From Callorhinchus milii (Eukaryota): a stretch of 64,000 bases of DNA. The stretch covers positions 62,126,001-62,190,000 of the forward strand of contig NW_024704742.1 in NCBI RefSeq assembly GCF_018977255.1, in the 5' to 3' direction. This document shows positions 34,646 to 49,130 of this stretch, one piece after another (within the stretch, counting starts at the first letter, position 1; each line of letters begins with the position of its first letter). Below the pieces are notes generated by a model. The model was not told where the DNA came from and made no database searches. It saw nothing but the letters and a program-made list of their open reading frames with translations. The position numbers were made by a program, and so were the translations under genes.

Positions 34646-37525
34646 CTGCAGGTTGTAGAAATATGAATTATTCAGGAATTTGGGAGAACTGGAAACCCAG
34701 TGAGTGGCATGTCTGACCAGGCACCAGCAGACCGCACCCTCTGGTGACCAGTGATGTGTTGGCACTGAGCTGCGACCTCTTCAAGTACAGAATCAGAGCC
34801 TTTTGTGTGTGGCAATTATTCCAAAAAAATGCCTCCTAATTTTTCCTTGCATTGTAAAAGGTTAATATTTAAGCCTAATTTCGTGGACGCGATGGCCACT
34901 TCTATTAGCTTTAATAGTTGTGTTATTTTTACTAAACGTTCAGGATTGACACCCAATGACCCCTTGGTCATTTATGTCCATTTTCTATCATTCCGTTCGG
35001 AAAAACGCTATAGACACCAATAATTGTTAGCATGCCTAATGATATATTGAATACTTTATCTTTATTTGGTCGACATCGAGATGGGAGATCACCATGGTTT
35101 TCAAATAAATACACAGTATCATTACAAAACGTCAGACACGGTAGCAGGGCAGATGGTGAAATAAATCAGACTTAAAACCCGGGGTATTTATACTTTATTT
35201 TATTGTGTCAGTTACGTCGTTCGCTACAAAACTACCAGAAAAATAACTTGGCGTCGCGAATACTTTCCAAAGAAAGTGCTTGGGCTTATTCCAAACAAAA
35301 GTTCGATTTAAAATCTCCCTCTCAAGAGATTAATGTTGGTCCAAATCCTTTCTTCGTTTCCCTTTGGTTCTTACATTCAATCAAAGAAAACAAACACGTT
35401 TGCAGTAACAGAGATACATCGCGTGTGCATAGGAATGAGTGGATGCAGAATAAAAGCAACAGAAAAGGTTGGAGTCCTGAATCAGTCCACGTAGAGAAAT
35501 TAAAAGGTTTGTTGCTTAAGAATCTGGAAACTCGTGCACAGACCCGATCTTGTTTGCTGACACATATCCGAGCAGTTACAATACATTAAATACGGTTTAC
35601 GATCAATGAACAGAGAGCGTTGACAAACATTTTCATTTGAAATTCAGTGCTGCTCTTCCCACCCTATTAATGCCCATTGACTCAAGCTGGTATTTAAAGA
35701 TGGGGATCCAGTCGTTGCTTCTTGTGAATATTGGATGTAAAAGGTCTGATTGTAATCACAAATAAAGCTTCGTTTTAGGTAACCAGATCTCTTTGAGAGA
35801 TTCTCTTTCAAAACACTGTACTGTTTGCTAATTACAACGTGAACATCTAATGGTGGAAGGCAGATTCTGAATTATAGTCCTTTCCCCCCTTGACTTTCAC
35901 TGTGTGAACATAGCGAAAAAGATGACTATAACAAGTCCCACTTGGAAGCCCAATTTGCTGTGACATTAATAACCATCAGCTCCTGAATATACCGTTTTCT
36001 TATCTTGTTCTAAAGCGAATGTAAGTAACTTTGACCAACATTTACCATATAAGCAGTAACTCATACTAACAATGAGAGATACTTTAGCAGAGAGGAAGTC
36101 GATTTGACCCATCATGTGTGTGCCTCTCTGGCTCATCCACGGGAACTGAATGTTTATCATGTTCCCAAGCAACCCTTCTGCTCCGTCGACATTTCCCAGT
36201 GAACTCTGAGACTTTTGCGCTTTCTTACTCAAATTAACGCAGCGGCTGATCACAACGATAATATATGTGCCAGTGTTCTGCAAATGAAGTGGTTATTTAT
36301 CAGATTAACGAAAATTATGATCACACATGCCTTATTCGACCAATGTAAATTAATATTATCACCTCATGTATTGTATTTCAAAGAATCCGTATCGCTATTG
36401 TACTGTATTGTACTATTGACTTTGAACATACGTTAAACAGAGCTGATCCTTCCCTTTGAATATACATAGGTGCAGACATAACTGTACACATACATGAATT
36501 ATTGTACTCAGACAGACACCGACATATTCCATATAGAGACAAGAGAATTAGAATAAAAGATGTGCAGGAAAAGTAGAAATTAAATTAAAAACCTTAAAAA
36601 AACTGTTTATGTATTTCACATAAACGTAGATCCGAAACCTGTATTGTAAAGTCTGATGGTATATGTGGTTGTCTCTGATGCAGCGTAAGTTTAGAGGTAC
36701 TTTAGGTTAGTGGCGTTGATGTTGCAGACCGTGTGAGGATTAAGTCTTGGTGTAAAATTCGAACATATATTGGGGTTAAGAAGGTTAAGACGTGAAAAGA
36801 TTTACTAAGAAACAACTAAGATAACTTAATACCAGTCAATGCTTCCCGGTTTATATAGGTTGGACCAGCTTCTGCATTTACCATCCAAGATATGAACGTG
36901 TGCATTTCTTCAACTTCTTCACCCAAAACATTTTTTTTAAAAATTCAAGTTTCATACGCGATGGCAAACGGTGAATTCATAAATCAATTTTACTTTACAG
37001 AATTTTCAAGCGTTCAAGTTGTATTGCATTTATGGCAATTCAATGTTAACTATTCTTTTCTCAAATATAAGTGCGGTATTGTACTGTCTGGGTAAATTGT
37101 TTACTCTGAGAATAATGTAAAAAAAATCCACAAAATTGATTCTGCAGTAAGAATGTAATCGTTTGCAATTTCTCGGGATTAAAATCACAATGTAATATGT
37201 ACTTAATATAATATAAACATATTTGTTTAATTATATAGACCCCCAAAATCTAAAAACAGATATAGCATATACGGAAAATATATACTGTAAGCAGAACATG
37301 TTATGTTTTGATTAGGATTACCGTTTGATTAAGATTTCTATAAATTGTAGATGAATATCTACTTCAACGCTTTGCTGGAAAGAACATTGTGCTTCAGCAA
37401 TCCAATGCAAACGGGAAAAAAAACTGAACACAAAATGCTCAAACAAATAAGAAATAAAAGATGTATTATGTGAAAGATAGTGACTCTTCGGAAATGCTTT
37501 CTGTAGCTCAGCGAAATAGAAACTA

Positions 37526-37631
37526 TTTCTCCCACAAAATATGGAGTCAATTCACTTTAAACTGTCTTCTGTGAAGCGCTTTGATACGTCTCCAATACGT
37601 GATAAGGCGTTATAACAAATATAAGGATTGT
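37526..37631 (+). mobile_element. tRNA-SINE 3' fragment
   Basis: cccacaaaatat...ctgtgaagcgctttgatacgtc...gtgataaggcgttat. Confidence 0.75.
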
Positions 37632-40600
37632 TCCTCTCATAGAAAAGACGGGAGTCTTTGGTGATCGGTCACCAAGAGGGATGTCTGGGGACGTTTAATC
37701 GAGGACCAAAGAGACAGTGCTGTGAATTCTATTAAAGGAAAATAACTGGAAAGTGACAGCACATTGGAACCGGACACTTTGATGTGAAGCGCTCCCAGAC
37801 GCTACCGCACGTATAGGGCGCTGTACGTGCATGTTGTCGGTGGTCTAATCATGACCGAGTTGCTGGCATGGGCAGGTTGAACTGCAGTGTGCACAGAAAA
37901 GGGGAAGTGCTGTACTGATCGCCCTGTGCTGGGCAGAAATTTAAGTATAACCAACTTCCACCAAACGACTAAATGTGAGCACGTTATTAACTTCAGTGTC
38001 ACCTTTTGCTCATTACAATGTGTGGCTGTTGGAACAAGAGCAAACGACCTCAATTGCCTTCGTGCCCGGATCCTCCAGGAGAGATCCCCGCAATGCCTAA
38101 TTATTCTAATTATATAATGGATTTCTTTTCCACAATTTCAAGTGATGTAGGAGATTACGTGCTCGTTGCAATTCTCCAGAACTACAACCGCGGCTTATTA
38201 CTCTGGGACACCGCCACTGCATCTCCTGTAAAAACTGGGGTTTCTACAAACCATAGAAATTCATAAAATTATAAATATTAACGACAACTTGTGTTTATAC
38301 AGCGCCCGTCACGCAGGGGAGAGTCTGGGAATGCTTGACATCAATATATGTCAATGTGGACTGGATGATGAAAAAAACTCATTTGTATACATACGATGGG
38401 CAGTACATTTACTCGGTTTGATAAACAATATTTGGTTTAAAGTGCGGTTGTCACAGTCATAGATAAATGTGACTCCACAACACGTGGAAAACCTAACATG
38501 ATTTTTGTTATGATATCACTTCAAGTACAGAACAGGACAATAATTCTTGAACCAATCCATCCACAGTCCCTTCCTCACAATCTGATTGAACCGATCTAAT
38601 GGTTAAATTCATAAACTGGGAAAATACATTTACAAACGCCAGACTCCCAACAGCGAGGCTGTTCATATTAAAGGGGGTTGCATTTAAGGATCCTTAATTA
38701 AAATTTAACTCAATGATAAAATAATTTGTCCCCCCCCCCTCCTCCCCACATATTAGGTTGACCCGAGTCAGGAAGAAACGAATAAGTAGAACCTAAAGAG
38801 AAGTTTTAGTGAACTCTGTTTTGCATGGAATCAATATTCATATCGTTTTCAGTTTTATTTCTTGCAAAACTTCCCGTCATTGTTCAAAATAATTCACTTG
38901 GCGCACTTCCTCTATTTTGATTCAAATGCTGATTTCACCAAAAATCAATGCTATTTTATTTCCAATTCCAATTACTTGCGCCTGTGCCGTACTTTAATGA
39001 ATCGTTCATCTCCGGTGTGCAAAGAGTTAAATGGTTCGGTAGTCAGGCAACTAACTCCCCAAAGGCAATCTTATTCAGGGGGCAAAATGCTATTATTTGG
39101 TTAGTTCCACCCAAAATGTATAAGAGCAAAAGTTACGCGTCAGAGAATGAGTAAGTTACATGCATGTCATGTGAAAACATGATGCGGATCGCCCACAGTG
39201 GAGTCTCAAAATGAATAAGTTATCAAACACGTTTCTCCTTCTATTAAGATAAGTTAAATTGCGTTGAATGTTGAAAGTCTCACAGTCGGACATTTCCATC
39301 TGGATTGTTTTCCTTGGGTTGGTTAGTGGTGTAGTAATCCTGACCAGCAAAATGGTTGGAAGAGCAACTTCAACCTCCCCCCCCCCCCCCGCCCACACAC
39401 ACCCAAGAAAATGAAAAGGGGGGAATCACAGATATGCAAACTGATCTGTGGAGGAATCTGGAGGATTCAAACAACGAGTCTCACTTTCTTCTACAGAGGC
39501 ATATTAGAGAATACACCTTCTGAGGCGACGAAAGACTTAAAGTGCACATAGCTTATTGTTGGTGTATATAATGAACCCGGGTCCTTAAAACTGTCAGTAT
39601 GCTGTGTTTAATAAATAGGAAAACAACAGGCATGTTAATACCCACACAGGTGTGTGCTATGTATAACCGAGTTCATGTCTATGTATTTCAGCGCGTCAAC
39701 ACACTTGTACGTAAAATATATTAAATACATTAAAAATCATAATATTGTTTAACAATACGCCTGTAGATTCAAGAAAATTGTATAATATCTATCTTTTTGT
39801 GCAAAGAATAAAATAAGGAAATTGCATGATGTCTATAATATGCACAAAGAATAAAATAACCTGACCTCCATCCCAAAGCTATTAACCAGTTGGTTGTGAT
39901 ACCGTGATATTGTAAATTGTAAGGTGTTTAAGCGAGCGTTTTGTGTGGAAGCTGTTTTCTGTTTCAGAATAATGCGAAGGAATTCAAAGTTTCTTGTGGA
40001 GTTTGTTTCTTTTTGGCCTGGTCTATTTGAAGGTAAGAGGCAGCATTTAGGGGAAAAGCTTGTTGTTGTCTGGAATGCCAGGCGTTAATTAGTGGGGAAC
40101 GGCGCCTCCACTGTCTCAGCTCAGCTCAACTCACATAGCCGTGGGATCTCTGTAAAATTAAACAGCTCCACGCAGGCTATTTTGTACATTAAAATCTGCT
40201 GCTTTTAATCACACTGTCCAGTGGCGAGAAGCAGCCATTGAAAAAGAAAATAGTGTTGTTTAGCTCACTGCCAACCAAGAAGGGGAAACTTTCCCAGGAT
40301 GTCGATGATAGCTGCCTGTGTGTATTTGTAAAGGTGTTTTTCTTTTGTATTATGCCTTAACATTGTACATTTCACTTAATATAAATTTGGGTATTTGGGT
40401 TTATCCTTTCTGTCGAACGTGTGTGTGTGTGTGGGGAGGGGGGATCAAACATCAACATGTTAACCTAGCTTCACTCTTTGCAGAAGCTGGATCTTTGGAT
40501 CTGCTGTGTATTTGCAGCCTGTACTGATTTTATTTACAATTTGATGGTGTTTATTTCCCCCAGCAGAAGAGATCAGTTGTTGTTTAAATGCAAAGCTGTT

Positions 40601-41419
40601 GTTTAATCGTGACTACCTCCAAAAGATTATGGTGTGCCACCTACTCAGATTTTAGTGAAGACAACTAATTTTATGATGTCTTATTGAAGTGCCTGCCCCA
40701 GCCCGAGGGGTTCACATAATCTCTATATGAATATAGTAGTTATTTTTTATTGTTGTTCATCAAGAGTTATTTTTTTAATTTCAGTCGACCAAACATAATC
40801 AGTATCAGATCCAAGAAAAGCCAATGGATACGAAATGAGGGGAGAGAAACTCGTGTGATGTTCTTGTGTTTGCAAAGAAATGTCTCCTTTGTTGAATGAA
40901 CTGCCAGATGTGAAGAAATATTGGTTTCGAGATAAAAGAGTAAAACGACATAAGCGTAAAAAGAACACGAGCAGCAAGTATTGCAACACCACGAAAATAC
41001 AATAAATATATCATGTTTAGAGAAAACGTGTTCATTTTAAGATTGGGACAATGTAATAATAATAATAATAATAAAAGGTGTTTATTGCATGGAAATGCAA
41101 CGAAAGGGAAAGAATAACCAGAGCAACCAAATTAATGTGACTGAGAATCAGGAAGGGACGCAATCTAAAGTCCATGAATTGATGGAAGAAGCATTGAATC
41201 TGAGACAAAAATAAGTTGAGGAGGAAAGGGAGAAGCGACTGTGGCTGCAATTACAGCGCCACCTATCGGGAAGCTACAGTTTTTATTGCCCAAGTCTGCA
41301 ACAAAATACAACTGGTCACATAAGTGGTGTCAACTGCCTCTGATTATATTTTGATACATCATTTTAAGAAAATTAACTGTGTGACTCTTTAATACATATT
41401 AAAGATTTATTGTGTGACA

Positions 41420-41800
41420 GCATGGCTCAATGGCAGCACTTTCACCTCTGAGTGGAATGGTTGTGGGTTTAAAGGACTTGGAATCACATGGACTGAGATG
41501 GCACCAATGCAGTGCCGGGAGGGTATTGCATTGCTGAAGGTGAGGATAAAGTGAGATTCCTTCTGCCTGTTCAGGTGGATGTTAAAGATCCCATGGCACT
41601 ATGCAAAAAGAGAAGGGAGTTTCTCCCAGTGTCCTGGCCAACAATCCGCCAAATTTAAAAAAATGGTCACTCACTCCATGAATGATTGTGTGACATTGCT
41701 GTGCACAAATTCTTTTGCACACAAAATACACAGTCAATCCAATTTACAGTACATTCTGTGAAGCGCTTTGAAGTATTCCGATCACGTGAAAAAGCCCTAT
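41420..41800 (+). mobile_element. DeuSINE-like SINE (tRNA head, Deu core, L2-type 3' part)
   Basis: tggctcaatggcagcactttcacctctgag head; caggtggatgttaaagatcccatggcactat...agggagtttctcccagtgtcctggccaa core; 3' part shared with the abundant SINE. Confidence 0.75.
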
Positions 41801-43076
41801 TTTACTGAATTATCAGCTCCACTCCAGAAAAAAACAAACTCGACATTTGGCCAATACGCTCTGCATGACTTTGGTTTTCTTTTAAGTCTCAATTCTCTCA
41901 GTCTGCCCCACCCAAAACATCATTTTAGTCCTCGTAAAACGTTTAACCAGCCAATAAACCATTTTTGACAGCCCAGCTAAACCACAGACCAATTTTTGAA
42001 GACCATCCCTAACTGACAGAACATAAATTTTGTGACAATGGAGGGGGAAAGCGTTGAGATAGACCTTCAATGAGAAAAGTTGCTCTCAAATTTCACATTG
42101 AGAACAGAAGGTGATGCTTTAAATACAATAATTGCATTGTTTCTTAACCATTTCAATGTGTTGATTCTCAAAATTTTGTTAAGTCATCACAAATTTTACC
42201 CNTTTTTTTGCCTTTCTCATGTTGTTAGGTATTTCACTCATCCTCAGTATATAATTATTCTCAAGCGATTTTGTATCACTCAAATCAGCAATATCAATTC
42301 ACGTTTAGCACATACTAAACAATGCAAGGTATTTTAATCTCCCAAGAACACATTTTTCCCTTTTGCAGACGTGGCAAATATGTTGTTGTTACAGCTATTT
42401 GCATATTTATGGTTACTCAACAGCTATAATATAAATATTGATCTGTCTCTGGTCATGTGTTAGCACTCAGTGTAAATTCTGCTCGCTCAAACACAAAAAA
42501 AATGATGAATGCCTTTTACTTCTGTTTAGAAAAGGGTATTTGAGCTGAAATCGTGTCTGAACTTTGCTGTTTGAAGTGTTTCTGGCTGATGGGTCAACAA
42601 CGTGCCTGGAGCTCTACATGAATGAATAAAGACATCAAAGAATAACATTACATTCAGCCAAAAATATGGGTCACAGATGGGCTTCCACAAACTTGGTCCA
42701 CAACCATAACTTAGCAAGAATTTAAATCTATTGGATCACGGTTTTTTTCTACTGGTAAATGTGTATAGCGTCTGTCTCTATGTCTGTCTTGAGTATTTAA
42801 GACGTTAGCTCGCTTTATTTGGGATTATAAATTATTTCCTACAATAAATTACAATAAATTAATTAATGAAAATATTACAGTCAAGACCAATTCTTTTTAA
42901 TGAGAAGTGAATAACACAATACTAATATCAAAAAATCCACAGTGATTCATGTTGAGGAAACAAAAAAGTTATAGGTTGGTCTCTTGTTGCCACATGCCCC
43001 TCACCTTCACCCAACCTAAATCTAGCTCGCTCCTCTCCTTCGCTCGCCCCTCATCTTCACCAGGCCTATATCCCTC

Positions 43077-43077
<1 letters not shown>

Positions 43078-43144
<67 letters not shown>

Positions 43145-43195
43145 GATTATGATTATGATTATGATTATGATTATTATTATTATTATTATTATTAT
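43078..43195. repeat. (ATT)n microsatellite with ATG interruptions
   Basis: Directly visible; it generates the poly-L and poly-I ORFs. Confidence 0.97.
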
Positions 43196-43379
43196 CTCAC
43201 TTGCCACTTACCTTCACTCGGCCTGTAACTCACTGTACTTTCACTGTTCTGTTTTTCTTTCTTCCTCCATCTCAAGTAATCGATTTAAAAAATATCTATT
43301 TCAAACTCAACCCCCCACAGCTGTTTGGATTGTAATTGTTCCCAACCTGTTTCAGATCACTGAAGACTTCCTCTTCAAC

Positions 43380-43497
43380 CCTGCTTACAGTCACCTCCCC
43401 CCAGCTCAGTATCAGGCTCCGCTACTTTTAACAACTCCGCTCTGAGATGCTACCCAGCATGAAGGGCACTATATAAATGCAAGTTGTTATTGTTGTT
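43380..43497 (+). mobile_element. L2 3' tail fragment
   Basis: gaagggcactatataaatgcaagttgttattgttg. Confidence 0.7.
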
Positions 43498-43504
43498 TCC
43501 TGCT

Positions 43505-44070
43505 AAGATTCCATCCTTTTCTCTCAGTTTCTACATCTGCATCTCATCTGCTCTGATATCACCACTTTCTGCATCCGAGCTTCAGAAATAGACGTTTTTT
43601 TTTCCTCCTATTCTTTCTGTCGCTCCAATATCTTATCCTTTAGTCTCAACCTTTCTCCTCTTGAAATCAGTGAGAGTCCCTCTTGCTTTCATCTTCCAAC
43701 CAACTCACCTCTTTATCTGCCATATAATCTGCCATTACCCCCAGTTACTGCAACTTCAGCAGATGCAAATTATGTCAGGTTGTCCATGGTTTTAAACATA
43801 TTTCCACACAAGAGTGTGATTCACATGTACTTCTTCCTACTCTGCACAATATTCAATGCTTGTGGTGGAGACCCATCTGAATTAGTGAGACCAAAGAATA
43901 TATTGAGTGACTGACCACTGGCAATATATTTGTACACCAACCTCTCCATTGGATCCCCATTTCATATTCCCTTCCAACTTTCACTCTGACTGCTCCAGCC
44001 AAACTTAGCTCTTACTTCAGGAAAAGCAGCTCAGACTCTTCATGGGCACCCCTCAACCCTTAGCTGTCTT
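43505..44070 (+). mobile_element. Highly degenerate Penelope-like retroelement relic
   Basis: From 43507 the frame reads DSILFSQFLHLHLICSDITTFCIRASE, resembling the Penelope (S)IP(F/Y)SQFLRLRRICS motif. RVPL and remnants of the GET and GTLQP segments follow downstream. Confidence 0.6.
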
Positions 44071-44429
44071 CTTCTTAACCCTCAGGTATGATATCATTTT
44101 TTAACAGAGATTTATAAATGTACACTTTCTTTTTGTGAACTCTTTCAACTCAATACCTTTTCCATGTAGTTTTAAGAACATAAAAATATACACGGCTGGA
44201 GAAGATTGTTGATTGTTGTCCATTTGCAAAAAAAAATACTCTATTTTATACGCCTTGATCACATATTTCACCAAACATCTATACAGCTCTCTTTTCATTT
44301 AGCTAGCCTCGCCTTAACTCTTCCAGTGATTAGCCTGAATTTATGGTCCTTGATGCTAATTCATTACACAGCATGAATTACTCTTCACTATTCACTATAT
44401 GAATTAATCTTCATTATTTGGAGAAACTA

Positions 44430-44769
44430 TTTTCAATGATGGGTGGGTTGGTAACACAAGGACACTGATTTAAAATAGTTGTTAAAAGAAACAGAAACAG
44501 AAAAAGAAACAGAAGTTGTGAGCAGAAACTTTTTCACACAGCGAGTTGTTCAGATCTGGAATGCATTGTCTGAAGATTGGTGGCAGCCGATTCGGTAACA
44601 ACTTTTAATAGAGAAGTAGATAATTATTTGGGGAGGACAAGTTTGCAGGGCTATGGGGAGAAAGCGAGGGAGTGATAGATTTGGATAGCTGTTTTTAAAG
44701 TGCCGGCACAGACACGATGGGCCGAATGACCTCTTTCTGTCCTGTATAATTCTATGATTCTGTGATTCT
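44430..44769 (+). mobile_element. CR1 LINE 3' end
   Basis: NFFTQRVVQIWNAL-type codons, a gatgggccgaatg hairpin and the diagnostic attctatgattctgtgattct terminal repeat. Confidence 0.9.
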
Positions 44770-45034
44770 CAAAATCCTTTAGAACCAAGAAAACATATGC
44801 AGGAACCTCTCTTACTATTCTCTATTCTAGTGCATATTTTTCCTCATAACTATAATTCTACCCTCAAAACTGTAACCCTTCATGCATGGTTTCATTTGTA
44901 TGAACTTAAACTGCTTTTTCTACGGTTCTAAAATTACATTCAGCCTATCTGGGACACACTAATGTATTCCTATCTTTTCTACCAAACAGTTATAACAAAG
45001 ATTTTATTGGCTTCTCTTTAGCTATCCTTCTTAA

Positions 45035-45278
45035 AATCAGGGGAAAATCCCTATGGAGGCTTTATTTGCTGAATTACTAAGCTGAATTCCCTAATAAGGA
45101 ATCTTGTTAGCAATCCTATTAACACAAAGGATCTCGCTCTTGAAATATATCCGAGTGGAGTTCCCACTGCTTTGCATACCATACATCCCTAAAGGAGGAA
45201 GTGGGCCTAATTTGGATTCCTTATTAAGAAATCCAATTAAGAATCATTCCAAATTTGCTCGCACGATTTCCCTGATTC
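45035..45278. repeat. Degenerate fold-back (MITE-like) element
   Basis: aatcagggga pairs with tttccctgatt (outer arms); ctaataaggaatc pairs with gattccttattaa (inner arms). Confidence 0.5.
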
Positions 45279-45483
45279 TTCCTCTCCAGCTGAAACATTC
45301 CTTGTTTCCTCAATCTCAGATGCTTACATCCGAGGCATTGTTTCAGTTGCCTTCGGCTGTTTTTAATGCCAGAATGTCACTACTGCAGTACAGTGATCAG
45401 CATTGTTCAATTACAAACTTTCAATTGCTGAATGTTCTGACCAATGTAGAGAGTGCCCATGAATGATTGTGTGCCCATGAATG

Positions 45484-45620
45484 ACTGCTGTGCACAATTG
45501 GCAGCTGCATTTCACCCACAAAATATACAGCCAATCCACTTTACAGTATATTCTATGAAGCGCTTTGAGATGTCTCAACAGCATGATAAGGCATTATACG
45601 GAACACAAGGATTATTATTA
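45484..45620 (+). mobile_element. tRNA-SINE 3' half
   Basis: tgctgtgcacaattggcagctgc...caaggattattatta. Confidence 0.85.
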
Positions 45621-47357
45621 TAACAAATGTATACCTGCATGAATTCAATAAGCAGCTTTCCTTTGGAGAGATCTTTATACATTTCACTAAATCCTGTTAA
45701 TACATTAATTGTCCTCCTGTTTTTCTTCACAATGTTTAAAGTCAGGTATATTTAACAGACCAATGTTAATGGAAATGTGCTTTTATTGTTTTTACTTTGC
45801 TATACCTGACAAATGTTGCAATTTACTTGACTTGATGTGCTTATGAAATACATTTACAATTGAAGACTTCAAGGCATTTCTTTTTGTATCCTTCAGAAGC
45901 CTCTCATAATGCTGTCGAGGAACAACAGAAATATTGTGTATGTAATAGGGATGCCTAGTGATTCCATTGTTGTTTTTAAATATAGACACAAGTCCTGGCT
46001 ATCATTCCTCTAGTGAATATGATATGCCAAATCACACCATACTTTGTGGGGAAAAATACTAGAACAGAGTTGAGAAATATGAACATATAACATTTAGTCC
46101 AAAAATGAGATAACCTAACGTACTTGAAATATATTCTGATATTTAATATGAAATCTCTGCAAGATCATTCTGTTCCAAGAGTATAAGACTATTTCATTAT
46201 TCTGTTGTTCCTAATTTTATGTTGGGATTTGTTTAAAGCATGTGCAAAACAAAAAACGTACAACTGTTTGTGAGTCTAAGATGGAAGGGGGGAAGTGGGG
46301 AGATACATTTTGTTTCTTTTTTTTACCAGATTTGAATGTGAAATGACATTATTAATTATGTTATATTGTTATTTATATTAAGTTATTTAGTTTTTTTAAA
46401 AACTATAGGTATTAATAAAACAATCGATGTACTATTAGAAACATTACTAGAGGTTTTCATGGATTGCAACTCTTCCCCACCCCCCCCCACCCCCCCGCCC
46501 CAAACACACATACATGCCACCAGCAGTGCAAGATATGCTGGAGTCATTGTGTATCAACTCTAGGTAGGCTGGTACCACGACCCAAATAGAAACAGGACGC
46601 ATGGCAATTAACATTTGAAACTGTTTCATGCCAGTAATTGATTTGCCGACAGACCGCAGAGAGATGCAAACGCAGAACCCAGTTAAGTTTCTCCAATGGA
46701 GTTAGCACAACCAAGCAAAACACAAAACAAACATTGTAGTTCTAGTGGGCAACAAGTCTTGTTTTCAAAAGGGGTGGGTAATCCTTTGTGCTTCAGGCGT
46801 CTTATTTAAAATCCATGCTGTTTTTAGTGAAATGTAAATCACTGGGGCTGAAGGATTTTTCTTAAAAGTTGCTTTTAAAAAAACACAACCCATGAAGCAT
46901 CAAGTTAGTGAAGCATGAAGAGCTGATCAACAAGAGTGATGGATGGTGCAGATATCAAAAGATGTCATTAATTGAGGATCTGCCAGGCATATGACAATGC
47001 AATCCAAAGTGATATGTTTTCTTAGACTCACATATTTTATTGGTATCACATGCATTGAATTGATGCTTCGTTATTACTATTATTATTATTGTTATTGTGG
47101 CATTCGATGTTTGTGTTCTGCGCAAGATATACCATATCCCCAAATATGAAGATGAATGCATAAATGTTGCTTCGATTGTAGTTCAATATGTCTGTAAAAT
47201 AAATCAAACTACAAGTATGCAATGAGTCACCTGTACAAGACATATCCATTTGTAATAGTAGTTGGTTACTTCTTCTATCGCTATTATGTTGCTATGTTAT
47301 ATAATATATATAATATAAATTATATATATTATACACACATTATATATTATATTGTGT

Positions 47358-47468
47358 TTCGCTCACAAAACACAGTCAATCTGATTTATAGTATATTCTG
47401 TAAAGCACTTTGAGACGTCTCGAAGATTTGATAAGGCACTATATCAAATGCAAGGATTATTATTATTA
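47358..47468 (+). mobile_element. tRNA-SINE 3' fragment
   Basis: gataaggcactatatcaaatgcaaggattattattatt. Confidence 0.85.
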
Positions 47469-48749
47469 GCATTCAAAAGAGATGTCCATCCATTAAAATG
47501 AATGTCAACCATGCAAGATTATCTCTTCCATGGCAACCAATGAGAAAGAACACATTAGGCGTGTACTGGAGACTATTTCTGGTACCGTCTCTCCCTCTCC
47601 TTTTGGTACAATAACATTTATATGTATTTAATACCCCTCACGTCAGAAGGACGTCTCAAAGTGCTTCTTGACACACAAACACTCACATGTACAGTTAATG
47701 AATGCAGAGTCTGGAGAGTCAGCTGATTAAAAAATAATAAACAGTGTTCTGAGCAGTTGCCAGTTTCCTTCGCTGAAAATGTCAAAATAATTTTTAAAAA
47801 TCGGTGTCAGATCCTTCCTTATGGTAACATCTGTGTGTGGCCCCATGGCTGTTCACAAGGTTTACTCTATAAGAAATAAACCCCAACTACCCTCAGCAGC
47901 AGAACAACAAAGAGCTTTCCATCCAATAAAAAACACAGCACGGATATATACTGGCTGCCCTTTGGGCCCATTCCTCCTCTCAGCTACTTGTATTTTATTT
48001 CATACACAACTAATTAAATGGACTTGAATTACGAAGCTCATCAGTAGCTCATAAGCAATTCTCTGATGGCAATTCCCAAGCCAACTCAACCCACGTTATA
48101 TAGTCAATAATTTTATTAGTATTTAGTGTAATGTTTTAGAATATTGGAACGTAAATAAATGATTGATATACAATGATATACAATAATTCAAAGCAATTTT
48201 AGGAAATAATTGGTACTATAGTTCATAAGAAACTTCCTATAGCTCTATACCGAGGTATCCCATGACCACAGCCGTTTCACTCATATCAAAATGCTGTTTG
48301 TAATTAATGGACTCCAATGTTTTGCTTTTGACTCAACCTACTTGTTTTTACAATAATGTTCATTTATTCCTCAACTGCTCAATTCCTGTTTTGACACATT
48401 TATTTTTCTCGGGGGTTGATGTAAGAGTCATAAAAAGGTGCTTGTGCTGAGACTGGGAGATCAGACCTCCCATTCCTCCAATGTTTTGCTCTAACTGATG
48501 ATTTAAAAAAATCTGCTCTTTCTAAACAAATCAATTTTGGTGGGCCCCATCTTACATTTAAAGTGCTGAGTGAATTTCAGGACATTTCCCTGCCACTACT
48601 ATTGTAATGTTTTTTTTTGTGGTGGGGGCGGGAGAGGAAATAAATGGGTATGTGGAGATTGATACTGTATTAGACAAGAAATTTGAATAAATGTTCAGGT
48701 TTGATGGGAAGCACCTACCGACCTCCCCAGCTCCACTATTCAAAAAATC

Positions 48750-49130
48750 CAGTTCATTCAAAACTCTGCTGCTCGCATACTGACCCGGACCAAACTCCGT
48801 ACCCGCATCTCACCAGTCCTGGCCAGGGTCCACTGGCTCCCCATCACCAAACAGATTGACTTCAAGATCCTCACGCTCGTGTTCAAATCCCTTCACACTC
48901 GGGCACCTCCCGACCTCTCCGATCTCCTCCATCCACCACTCGGCGTCACAGCTCGACTGGCACTGGCCGCCAATTGTCTCTCGCAGCCTCTACCCCACCA
49001 TCAGAGTTCGCGCTTTCAGCTACTAAGCCCTGAGACTCTTGAACACTCTCCCTCAATCCTTCCGCCTTGCTCCCTCTCTCCCCTCTTTCAAGTCCCACCT
49101 GAAAACAGCCAACTCCCCTTCCCCCTCTCT
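48750..49130 (+). mobile_element. L2 ORF2 C-terminal fragment
   Basis: IQNSAARILTRTKL...VHWLPITKQIDFKILTLVFKSLH. Confidence 0.85.

Noticed and set aside
42949..43445. Poly-Leu and poly-Ile ORFs
   Set aside because: (ATT)n microsatellite.
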